Source: Diadema antillarum (taxonomy: Eukaryota). From it: DNA of 64,000 nucleotides. The stretch spans positions 372,001 to 436,000 of the forward strand of contig NW_027271795.1 in the NCBI RefSeq assembly GCF_040938485.1. The letters run 5' to 3'. Under the pieces are notes generated by a model, which made no database searches, had not been told where the DNA came from, and saw nothing but the letters and a program-made list of their open reading frames with translations. Below, piece by piece: positions 42,860-55,300 of this stretch. Made by a program: the position numbers and the translations under genes. Each line of letters opens with the position of its first letter. The first letter of the stretch is position 1.

Positions 42860-43207
42860 GAGAGGAAGTAAAGAGGTCAGACGGAAATGCTCTGCCCTCC
42901 TTGGCTTGACAACATTCACTTCCGGAACGTGCGGCTGCTGGACTTTGTGGTATGTGTAGTGATCGTACCGGGTATACCCGTAGCAGCCTGCTGCTGTCTG
43001 ATCTCCTGCGTATGGCGTGGGAGTCGAGCTATTCAGTGAGGAGATAGTGCATGGCAGCGCGTGGCTGGACTACCACGGTACTATGTGTAGTACACATGTT
43101 CTGTCTGTGTGTAAAATTGTGTTGCCGTTTCTTGATTGTCTTTTGTAGGGCACCAGTCCAGCTTTGCAGCTTGAAATTCTGCCATTGTAAGCCCGAAGAG
43201 CTACACG
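42860..43207 (+). promoter_or_regulatory. CpG-rich NCLN promoter/5'UTR with an ETS/GABP-type site
   Basis: CACTTCCGG at ~42917-42925; CpG-rich versus flanks. Confidence 0.55.
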
Positions 43208-43373
43208 ATGTGGTTTGCTGAGGCAGAGGAAGTCGTGGAAGTAGTGAGGGGCCATTTTCCGTGGACATGTCTTCTTCTGGTACCGATTTTAATCGCCATT
43301 TCTCCGGTCAACGGGGCGCATGATTTCACGGCGTATCGCATGCAACAATTCGACCTCCACGGCTCGCAGTATG
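43208..43373 (+). CDS. NCLN: NCLN exon 1 (signal peptide)
   Basis: MWFAEAEEVVEVVRG...AHDFTAYRMQQFDLHGSQY; donor G|GTATGA. Confidence 0.94.
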
Positions 43374-46300
43374 GTATGAAGAGAACCCATTCTCGACTAA
43401 ACTAACGTGGTATATTCTAGACGGGGTTAGTTTCACCAGCTAGCTTGGTGTGGACTGTGTCTGTGGCTAGTCACGTGGGATGCAAAGAAAATATGCCGAA
43501 AATACCGTGTAACACTAGAGGTCTAACGTTTAAAGATAATATAAAGTTTTGGTACCTCAAAAGTTTCCCTGAATTTCCTTGTCTTGGTTTGTGTTTCAGG
43601 TTAAAGTACCTTTCATAAACACTGTGAGTGTGAGACTTACACCACTCGCCCCAAAGTGCTCTCATGTACTCTTACTTAGTAATCACGCAATAATGGTTTC
43701 GTACCAGAGCCGTCGCGGTACCGCGAGAATCAATATACACTAAACTACAAGTTGTAGTACACGTCACGTATTGTACGAAACCATTACTGCATGCATGATA
43801 ACTGCGACCAGCAGCCCCATATGCATAGCTAACTGCGTCCAGCAGCCCCATCATACGCATAGCTAAATGGGGCTGCGCATTGTAGCATTCAGGATCACGA
43901 CAGACGTAGTATTGCGGGTGAATATCAACTTAAAATCCAAAAATTTCTTCAATTTGAAGACTCGCCAGTTAAGTTGAAGTATTGAAAACAGGCCTCGGGC
44001 AACATTTGGTCCTGCCAATAGTCCCTTTCTGTTCGAATTTGTTGACTGAATGTGACTCGGTCGAGAGGACCTTGGGAGAGCTACACTGAATCGACGGCCA
44101 GGGCATGCGCCCACAGACATCTTATCCGTTCAGGGATTTGAAATTTGCACTGACCGTCAATTCAGTGTAGCTCTCTGGTGAGTCTTCAAATTGAAGAAAT
44201 TTTTGAATTTTAAGTTGATATTACCCGCGATACTACGTCTGTCATGATCCTGAATGCTACAATGCGCAGCCCCATTACGCTATGCGTATGGGGCTGCTGG
44301 TCGCTGTGTGTATGGGGCTGCTGGTCGCAGTTAATTGCATGATTACTAAGACACGGGAGCACTTTGACTTTGGGGCGAGTAAGTCTCACAGTGTTAGTTA
44401 TATGAAAGGTACTTTAACCTGAAACACAAACTAAGACAAGGAAATTCAGGGAAACTTACGAGGTACCAAAACTTTATATCATCTTTAACTAGATTCTAGT
44501 TAGTTATTGTCTGAATAAAATTATTTAATTTTACTAGACTATAAAGTCTATGTTTGCATGCAAACTGTACAAAACCAGTGACAGTGCAGTGAGTGTGCAT
44601 TGTGGTCTATCATTGATAATGTAGGCCTAGGTCCTGCTTTGTGGAATAGCCCTGATGACGCTGATTACTGTCAATAGCCCTGATTAGGTAGTGATGACAC
44701 TGATTGTAATACAGTTGTCTGTTGTGTGGTCAAGCCTTAAAGTATTTAAGTACCTCCGCCAAGGAAGGATCAGGAGGAGGTTAAGTGCAAGCCACACATA
44801 CAATACATCGGCCCTCTCGCGCTCACCCCAACCAGTTGGACATGGGGGCGAGTGAGGCACACAGAACAGTAGGGGACGCACAGTACAGCTCACTGTCGGA
44901 TCGGTTCGGGGAGGCAGTAGCGGTACGTGCAGCCTATCGTGTGTGATAGTTGTGTGTGTGTTGATTATTTTGTGGATACACACACACACACACACACCGA
45001 GCTAGCCAGCTTCCCATGATCGATCGTGGCAGAATACCAGACATAATCGATGCCGGAAATTAAAACTTTTTTTATACTGACTTAATAAGAAAAACATTGT
45101 ATTGTAATTGATCACATTGTTTACTTAGAAATAATTACTATCAAATAGAAGTTTATATATAAAAATTATTGATTCATTATAGATATTTGTAAACCAAATT
45201 ATTAATGAAATGATATCAGTATTAAGGAAAGAGCCTATAGCTTTAAGGAAGGCAGGGAAGGAGCGCGTTAAGTGATCATCGGCGTTGGTTTGTCTATTTG
45301 CAAAATAACTCAAAAAGTTGTGTACGGATTAAAAATGAAATTGCATGAAAGTCGATATTGACACAAGGAACACCTCATTCAATTTTGGTAGTGATCCGGG
45401 AATTTTTATGGATTTTAAATATATTTTTCATATTTTGGCACATAAGGTCAACGAACTTGGGGTTCAAACTGCGTGTACTGGAGGTTTAGATACGCGCACT
45501 TAAGCGCGCACTCTGCTCAAGCAAGGCACCGTGCAATAACGTAAACAAAAGGCTTCTATTTTGAGAAATTGGGTGGAAAAAGGGTGGAAATGAGTTGCTG
45601 GATTGGCGGAGGTCTGTGCTCTCCAAGTGCTTTTCTAGTTTTTCATTTAAATTTGAACCAAAGCAGTCGTTGAGATGCATCTTGATATTGACATCAACCT
45701 TCATGTACGGTACATGTACACTGCAGTTGCTCAGAACAGCTACATGTACTCTGTAGTTCTTTGTGAGCGATCGCAGTGTATGTACCGGTAATTAAAGCAT
45801 GCTGCCTGCACTGCACAATCTGAATCTGAAGTGAGCGGTCTATGTTTTATGGTGTGAATCTTTCATTTACATTATACAAGTACCCGGTAGATCTCTAACA
45901 TTAACAGAGAGCAACAAATCAATATGTAGGAATGATTTATGCAAGTTGAATGAAATTATAATGTTAGATTATTAGATTGTGCAGGCAGTGATCTCTCGCA
46001 AAGAATGAGTGTGTTTTGAGCAATGGCATGAAAGCAGACATTGATATTGACTCTTTGGGACTACCGATTTTGTTGAAATCCATGTGAGTAATTGGGTTTA
46101 CATTAGCGCCAGGCATTCATACCATTAAGCATCAGATCACCGCACTTTTCATGTGGCACTTGTTTCTGTTTGTTTAAAGGAGACCTCTGGATGATTTTCA
46201 GACCCTTACATATGAATAATATAAATCTATTACACTGGATAGTGGATACAGAGTTTCAGAATTATTACAAATTACAGTGATTAGGATGAGGAATGTTTTC

Positions 46301-49300
46301 AAAATTTATAACAATTCACAGTTAACAAGGATGATGACTTATGGTAGCCTCACCATAGGCATGCATGATTGGGGGCTCAAGGAAGCAGAACAAAAGGGAA
46401 AAGCATCCATGCATAAATTTTGCACAGGTGAACTTGTTAAGGAAGTTGTATTGTAATGAGTTACATTGCTTCACTTCTGAAATATGTGAGCCTCCTATGT
46501 CATCATCCTTGTTCTAGAACAGTGTAATTTGTTGTTGTTGTTGTTTTCTTCAGTGTATTGGTTTTTCCGATCAAGGACCACAATGAGTTGAGCACAAATC
46601 TATTCTTCAGGCTCTTGATTTGTATGCTATGTGATGTGAAATTATGAAAATTGTGTGGAATTCCTCTTTGATATATTATCAACCAGATCTCTAGTAGAGC
46701 ACATACACTGTACCACCAGGTTCAGTGAAACTAAAATCCTCTAAAACATAAAAAAAACCTACATGCTTGTACACCCACAAGTTAAAACATCCATTGTTAT
46801 CAAATGTATTGTACATGTTGTACAGTTGTACATTATATTTTGCCATCACATCAGACAACCCCTGTTTGTGAGACTACAATGTCAAAAATGTCAAAATTGT
46901 GGCATTGCTAGTAGTAGGGCCTTCAAGTACAATGTACTTGTTATTGTACATACTCATGAATTTAAGTTCTTTGCGTTGATTTGTTTTGTTAACTTGGTCA
47001 TTTCCATCTATTTCCAGGCTGTCGCAACACCTTGGTCAACCTGGAGGCACGCCCCATCTCTGCCAAGATGGTTACCAGGAGGTGTATCCTGGCCAGGCTC
47101 TCTGAGGTGACAGCGGAACGCTACAGGGAGCTCATAGAACAGGGGGCGGGATCTCTTGTCATTCTGCTCCCCGAAGTGTTGTCGTCTGCTCCGAAGGAGG
47201 TTGTCAATGTGAGTGGAATTGGAAGCAACCTTTCTACCACCCCTTTTGCTCTTCTTTGATTCTTGATTCAGCACCTAAAAACGGGTTCTTGATTCTGTAT
47301 TTCTGTTGAAAACTTATCAGAATCCTCTAAATAGCTGAATTTATATTGGATCCATAAATTGGCAATGTGATACAGAAGATTGAAGCAAATGTTTTTTCAT
47401 GAAATTGGCAAATTTTCATTACTGATTTTGGGGTGATACTTATTTGTCATTCCATCACTATGGTTCTGGATGGCAAATTCCACTACTTGTGGGTTTGCTT
47501 CCAAGCCTTGATCAAGCCCTTATGTAGCATACCCTGTGTTCAGTGTCGACACCAACTTGATTTCAGATAGTTGGAAATGTTTCTCCTGATGTGAACGTGA
47601 ATGATTTTTCATTAGCATTATTTTTTTTTTGTGTGTGTCTGTCATACAATGTATGATGCATTGTTATTTCTGCATTTATTGTTGTCAATATTATTGCCGC
47701 CATCATAAATGACGATAGGAATGTGTTGCAAAACACAATAACATATTTTTTATTGTAAAGTATTTGTAGATTTTCATAGAATGTGACACACCATTCCACC
47801 CATCCCCTATGGCATATGTGCCAGGTATTTAGCTTACCTCCCTTTTGAGGGGATCCAACACACATACAAGAAATGTGTTTAACTAATATTACATAATGCA
47901 TGTTTCCCTTCTTTCAGCAATGGATGGAGTTGGAGGCGTTGATGCTGGAAGGTGAAACAGTCATGCCGGTGTACTTTGCCCAGGAGGATGAGGAGCTGCT
48001 GTCCATTCACCGAGACATCCAGGAGGCGGTCAGCGGGGACCAGGCAGCATCTGGGGCTCAGGGTACCTCCTCTTGTCTATAACAACTCTAACTTCATTTT
48101 GTTACTAAAAAAAAAAGAAAAAAGAAAGTTGTAATGAACAACACAAAATGTTATGAGTAATAAAAGGAGAAATGGCAAAAAGAGATCTTTTTCCCCAAAG
48201 ATCGCTTGAAAAGGGAGAGGATGAAATAATCATTTTATTTTTGCTTTATTAGTTGGAAGCAAATAAACAACAGCCACAAATGACTCCTCTACCCATAAAA
48301 GGCAGTAATGCGTGAAATTGTGGTTGCAGCAAATAGAGTCAAGTTTATTATAGCCAAGCTGATCCTAGCTGAGCTGTTCCTGGGAAGTCCAAATCTTTCT
48401 TATGATACCTTGCAGTAACCTTGATGGAATTATCTTGCAGAATAGACTCATTCTGGAAGGAAATGAGTTCTGGAAGGTTCATTTCTTCTGTGGCTGTTGT
48501 TTATTTGTTCCTTTGAAGGAAAAAAAAATCTATTTTATACCTCATATGTAATGCAATTTGAAGACATCTGTTGTTAACAGTTTCCCATGAATTCGAAGGT
48601 TCTTTTGTATCTACTTTCCCAAACAGCTCTGTTGAGTGCTGTCTATGCAAATGGGTTCCAGATGGTTATTTCTGGCACGCAGGCAAAGGCAGTCAAAGAT
48701 GGCAGCATCATCAGCTTCCAGGTAAATATCTCAGAGGGGTTTTGTGCCTTTTGTAAAAGAACTCTTGTCTGTAAATGTGTAGTGTGTTCCATGCTAAGCA
48801 AAACATGGAGCTGCCAAATGTTACTTTTTTTCCAGTGTTTTGTACTATTTTTTTTTGCCGTAAATACTGCAGGTCTCGTGGAAAACACTGTTTTTCCCAA
48901 TTGTATTAACCACACATACATAATGTGTATCTATTGCAGGAAAGGTAAATACTGGTATACAGTTTTCCACCAAAAACATGCCTTTTTACAAAGTTTACAA
49001 GGTTGGCATCCCTGTACACTTGTTTTTCAAGTCTGAAAAGAAACTTGAATCAAGTTACTACCAGTGCACATTTTTCACACCTTGTTTGAGCAGTCACAGT
49101 CTGCAAGTGTTGTCATATCATTTTGTTTGATTCTGAATTCACGATTGCAGTGTGAATGTAGTCTTTCCCTTTGACTATGGAATCTCTGTGTTTACCCTCT
49201 CTTCTGTCTCTATCAGGGCCAGCTAACTGGGAAGGGTGTGGAAGACCAGCTGCCCACACTAGCTGTGGTTGCTCACTATGATGCCTTTGGGATTGCCCCA

Positions 49301-52300
49301 GTAAGTTTCGCTGTGATAGATTGAGCTTTTTTTTTTTTTCTTCATACCTCAGAGATACAATAAAGCCATTTTTCTCTTTTATTCATTCTCTGTATAAGTT
49401 ACTATAACTTTTAAAGAATACCATGATTGAATTGCGATGTAATTCTTTGCCAAAATGTTGTTTAAAAGGAGTGGTTGATAAGTTCATATATATAATGGCT
49501 GTTTGCACTAGAGCAACATGTGGCATACTGGATTAAATGCTTCTCGGGGGTTAGCAAAGAGAAATGGAAAACAGCTGACAAATCTTCTTGAAATTTTTTC
49601 TCCATGCTTTCTAGGCTGCCCTGTCATAACAGGTTTATTATTTCTCATGTGATTGTGACCATAAATCTAGTATATTTACACTTCTCTGATGAAATGTCAT
49701 GTAAAGCTTCTGTCAAATTCTCTCCCTATGTAGTAATTGTGAGCAGAGAGTCTTTACGCTGTAGAGACAGAGTCAGGGTCAGGCCACCAGTTAGGGGTAA
49801 ACCCCAGCAAGAGGGCCTTTTTGAGACTTGTCCAAATTTCCCAACCTACGTGTGTATTTATATATATTACCATCGAATTATATTTGCTATTATCATATAC
49901 CAATTTTGCTACCAGTGTTTGGTAGTGAAAAACACAGCCAATCAGCAGAGCTGCCAAGTTTCCCTGGTTCTGCAGGAGGCTTCCTTAGAACTTCCATATC
50001 TCCTCATGTCTGGATTAGAGAACATCCAAACCTCCCTGATTCAGGAATATTATTTGTGCCCATTGAGTATGTATCACAAAAGCATCCCCCGGTTGCTCTG
50101 TGGAATCCCCCCCCCCCCCCCCCCCCCCCCGACTTTGGTGTGTCAACTTTGGCAGCCCTGCAATCAGTAGAGCTCTTTTTGAAGAAGCTTATGCTTAATG
50201 CATTTTACACCGACACCCAGTGGACAATTCTAGTTATTCCATTGGTGACTGTGACCAGCTGAGTTATTCAGTGCTGCATTGTGGTGCACTGCTTAACTTT
50301 TTGTCTTCCAGATAATCACATTTGTAGGTCTCGAAAAGCCCATGCTGAAGCGCTCGACTTACAACTGTTAGAGCCGTTTAGCTTTCTTCACCTGCAGATG
50401 TTGGCAAAAACCGGAGAGTGAGAGCGTTTGAAAGAGACTGAGCTGCAATTTCCCTGTTGCTTTTTATATATTATAGATTCAATGAAATAATACAAAACAA
50501 ACAGCTTAAATAGTTTATTCATCTTTAACACTTTTTTTTTCACACCTGCAGCACCTGTCGTTTGGGGCAGACTCTAATGGGAGTGGTGTGGTTGCACTGC
50601 TAGAGCTGGCGAGGCTCTTCAGCAAACTCTACACCAGTTCAAGAACTCACGCAAAGTAAGCTCTCACAGACCATTCCGGAATATCTAAAAGATGGCGGCA
50701 TTATTTGTTTGATTTGGTCAAAGTCATTAGAAAATGTTTGTCACTTCAGACAGTAATGGTAGAATAAATCCTTATGAGTGACTGGATATGAGCAGGGTGA
50801 TATATGTTCATAGATATCTTGCTAGCGAAAGCTTAATTTTTCAAAACCTTATGCTTTTTTAGTGTTTTTTTCATCCAATTGCACATCAATAAACAGCTTC
50901 CTTTAATAACAATGGTTGACAATTGTCTAAATTAGGCTACCGCAGTGTTTAACAGTTTCTTTGGAGAAAGCCTCATTTAGTGGCTTGGGACAGGGAGGGC
51001 AGTGGGAGAGGCTGAGAGAGCAAGCACATTTTGGGGATAGTCCCTACCTCTGCCTTTCTCTCATAATTTGAAAACACTCTCAAAACAGATTTAAAGCAAA
51101 AATCCATACACACTTCAATTGCCAATATGGTTTGAGCAGCATGTGATCCCATGTATCAATAATGACAGTTATTTCATCTATCTGTCACATCTCAACACAG
51201 TTTCAATATTATGCCTGCCACTGTGGTACTTGTAGCAAGACCTACCTGCTAGTGATGCATGTCATATTCTGAGGTCTTGATTATTAATGTGTGTGTACAT
51301 ATTTCAGGTTCAATATTCTATTTCTGCTGTCCGGTGGGGGAAAGTTTAACTACCAAGGCACCAAGCGATGGATAGAAGACAATGTGGAGAGCCAAGGTAT
51401 GTTGCTGTTTACAGAGCAAGGTCGTTTAAGTGCGATTTGCTTTTATTTTTCCTTTTCTCCATCTTTCAGAAAAAAGCCCTTTGTTGATTGAACTACGTTT
51501 TTGAAGAAACATACCTCCAGCAAGAATTGCAATATCGGTAGTGAAGCTAATTGGCCTGTCAAGAAGTACCACTGGTACAACCTTGTCTTGTGTGTTTAAG
51601 CCAGGTTGAAGTTCTGTTATGCACACAATTTCAACTGACCTCTCAAACCTTTGCACCGCGTGTATATGTTTGTTGGTAAAGGGAAAGCAAAGTGCCTTTC
51701 TTACTGCAATTATTACTGTACCATGTACTCGATGCACAACGAGTTTGCTCATCAGATGTATGAGGCTCTACATTACGACAAACACAGTGATGTATTAAAG
51801 GGATCGTATAGTTTTGGTTGAGACCTAACTTCAGGTTTCTAACAGTTTTAGGTGAGATAATGCGAAACCTCCTATGAAATTTGAAAGATCATGAAATTCC
51901 AAGAGGCATTCAACATTTATTTGATGAAAATTGGTTTTGAAATGGCTGAGATACCCAAAACAGAGTAATCCTAATAAAAGGTGGGACCCAGCTTTTATTA
52001 CGATTGCTTTATTTTACTTTGTTTTTGGATGTCTCAGCCATTCCAAAACCGATTTTCATCAAATAAACTTTGAACTTGTCTTAGAATGGTGTGCTCTGCA
52101 CTATTTCATAAGTGGTTTCTTGGTATCTCGCAAAAAGTTACAAGCCCAATCCTCACCTCCACCAATACTGTACCATCCCTTTAAGCTCCATCATGCACAG
52201 GCGACTCCCGTCATAACCAAGTCCTTGGGACCGGCAGTTTTCTTTTGTTATATTGACAGTTTGTCAAGTGAAGTACATGAAATGTTAAGTAAAGTACATG

Positions 52301-55300
52301 AAATGTTAGTAAAGTAAAGTACATAAACGTATTTGGATGGTAATTTGGGGATCTGAATTTTTACTTTGTTGTTATAATGGGAGTGCACTGTATGCAAATA
52401 TCGCCTAATATTCTGCAGTTTGTAGAAGTTCAGCTATTCATTTCATGTTCCAACACAAAGTTCAACATTTCTTTCCCTTCTGCCATTTCCCCTTTTTCAG
52501 CAACAGTGATAATAACTACCTGTGTTGCATGAGACAAACTTGTCATCTCATTACTGTTTGTATACCCCCTGTAGAGTCGTCACTACTCAGCGACGTGTCT
52601 TATGTGTTGTGTCTGGACACCATTGGTGCTGGGGATGAACTCTACCTCCATGTGTCCAAGCCACCCAAGGAGGGGACAGAACCATACCAAATTCTCCAGG
52701 TATTCAGGAACCACCACTTTTTGTTTGGTATTGGGGTTGGGTTGTGTGGGGATTGAGTTTTGTGTGTTAGTTATGTGTGTCTTCTTTCTGTCTTTGTTTC
52801 TTTTTCGTTTTTTTGATTTTTTGATTTGTTTTCATGTTGAGCAATATTGCCTCAATATACTGTAAAACGTGATATTTTAGCGCCATGAAATTTTCGCCAA
52901 GTGCCTCAGGCATTCAGTGTATATAGTGTAGACAAGAGCCTTTGAGTGCATTTTAATTTCGCGAATCTTGGCTCTTGCAAAATTTGCCATATTAAAATGC
53001 ACGCGAACATTCCTCGTTTTACATACATGTAATGCATGAGGGCAGGTAACTCTATTAAGTGAGTGGGGAAGTGATTGTTTTGGGGTGATTTTTATAGAAA
53101 GGGTAATTGTTGTGAGTAAAGGAATTCTCATGATTATATGGGGAGAGGGGTTTGAAAAGTTATCCATTGGTAGGTTTCCCTAAGATATCTTTGGCTGGTA
53201 ATTAGTACTTTGAATGACAGATTGAGATAATGTCTTCCCTCTTAGATGGGTTGAAAATAAACCAGACCTAGTGCCATAATGACTGTTATATATAGATTTA
53301 CACCACAAACGGTCTCAGTTTTCAATTTCATGGTGTCTATGCACTGAGAATGTAATCTCTTGTGGCACATGTCTAGGTGCTGAGAATTATAGTGATAATT
53401 AGTGTCTTTTGATTTCTGTGTTACCAACTTCTTCCCGATCCTAGGAGCTGCAGTCTGTTACCAACGCCCTCTTCCCCTCTGTCAAGTTCAGCATGAGCCA
53501 CAAACGCATCAACCTCGCGGAGGACTGGTTGGCATGGGAACACGAGCGGTTCAGCATGCAGCGGCTGCCGGCGGGGACCCTGTCTCACCTTCCCGCCTAC
53601 GACAGCAGTTCGCGCACCACCATCACCGATGACAGGTTGGACATGAATTTCTAACACATCAAACTCTTATCACTTCAGATATTCTAGCAAAAATGCAATT
53701 TTGCTATTTTATTTTATTTCATTTCTATTTTCGTCTTCTTGAGGATACCTCAATCTGACACTTTTATTTTAGTGTGGAATATGGGCAATATATGACAGTT
53801 TACCCGTTTGTTCAAATTTCAGCTCCAAGGTGGATGCCAGCAAGCTTGCCAGGAATGTGAAAATCTTGGCAGAGGCCCTAGCCACACACGTCTTTGGTCT
53901 GAACTCCACAGAAGACAACTCATTTGAAGTCTTCGTAGATGGCTATGTAAGTAGCACAGAAATCTACATTCACAAGTCTTGGTAGATGGCTATGTAAGTA
54001 GCAGAGAAAGCCAACACTCACAGTGGACTTTCGTTATAAGAAATTCCTTGCACCAGTAGAATCACTTTGGTCGATCAAAGTGTTGTATCAGGGTTTGATA
54101 AAAAGAAACTTTGTAGTGAGGGGAAAAAAATGGATGTTAATCTAAATGTTCATGTCACTCTAATGGGTATTTCGTAAATGGAAGTCAAATTTTCCGTTCT
54201 GATCGTTCTCTATGTTATGGGCAAGTGTTGTCAACATATCTGTAGTGTACTTTAGAACAGAGTATCATTCACGCTAATTGGCTAGGTAGTTGAGCAAGCC
54301 TCATACAGCTTATAGGCTAAAAGCGCAATAATTCAATACTCAATACTCAAAGTAAGCTTGTGTTGACAATTTCAGTCTGCGGAAAACTATAGGGTAGATT
54401 TGTGCTAATTGAGAGCATACGGTATTGAATGTGCCTCTCGGTTGACCGTAATGATTTGGTTCTCTCCTGATTTGGATTTGGGTTGGTCTTGGAGCTGTTA
54501 ACTGAGAATTGCAAGTTACATTGAGGCTTGTGAATTATTTTGCCTTTTTATTCGTATATATTCTTTATTCTTTGTATTCTTACGACAGGAGGTGAACGCA
54601 GACTCGATAAACTCGTGGCTGAACTACCTGTCCTCGCAGCCGCGGTCCGCGCAGCTCATGACCAAGGAGCATCCACTCCTCCAGACGTTGCAGAGCGCCC
54701 TCACGAGGCACCTGAAGGACGTCAAGAGGATAACGATCAAAGCAGACAAGAGGTCAGTTGTTAGCTGTGCACCACTTTGGCTAGCAATATGTTGAAATAA
54801 CAGGGTTTATTTCCAGCCTCGTACATTTTTTTGATGTCCATTTTTCATCCAGGTGTAATTTTTTGCAATTAGTGTGATGAGATGTTCAAGACCCATCTGA
54901 TGGTAGCAGCTTTTGAGTATCTGAACAATTGGCCAGATGCTATTTGTCATGCTAGTTTCATATGCAAACTCTGGCTTCATGGCCATGTTTTGCACATATT
55001 CTGTGAACAATTTTGCTCTATTTACTTCTTCTTTTCGGAGATATTTCACACTTCCATTGTTTTCATTTTATTCCTTTCATTCAATTCCTTTGTTTTCATT
55101 TTATCTCATACTTTCTTGACAGTTTAATGTCTCATGAAATCAGGAACTCATGCGCAATTGATGTTTTGTTTTTGTTTGTTTCTTTGTTTCTTTGTGTAGA
55201 GAACCCGAGTATGTGTTCTACGACGGCTTGAAATTCACAATGCACGCTTACAGGTAAGTTTTCTGTTTAGACAGGACTGGGGTGAATGAGACCCATTAGA

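Noticed and set aside
49604-50262. 188-aa and 144-aa ORFs in NCLN intron 5
   Set aside because: No homology recognised; the poly-Pro comes from a C homopolymer.
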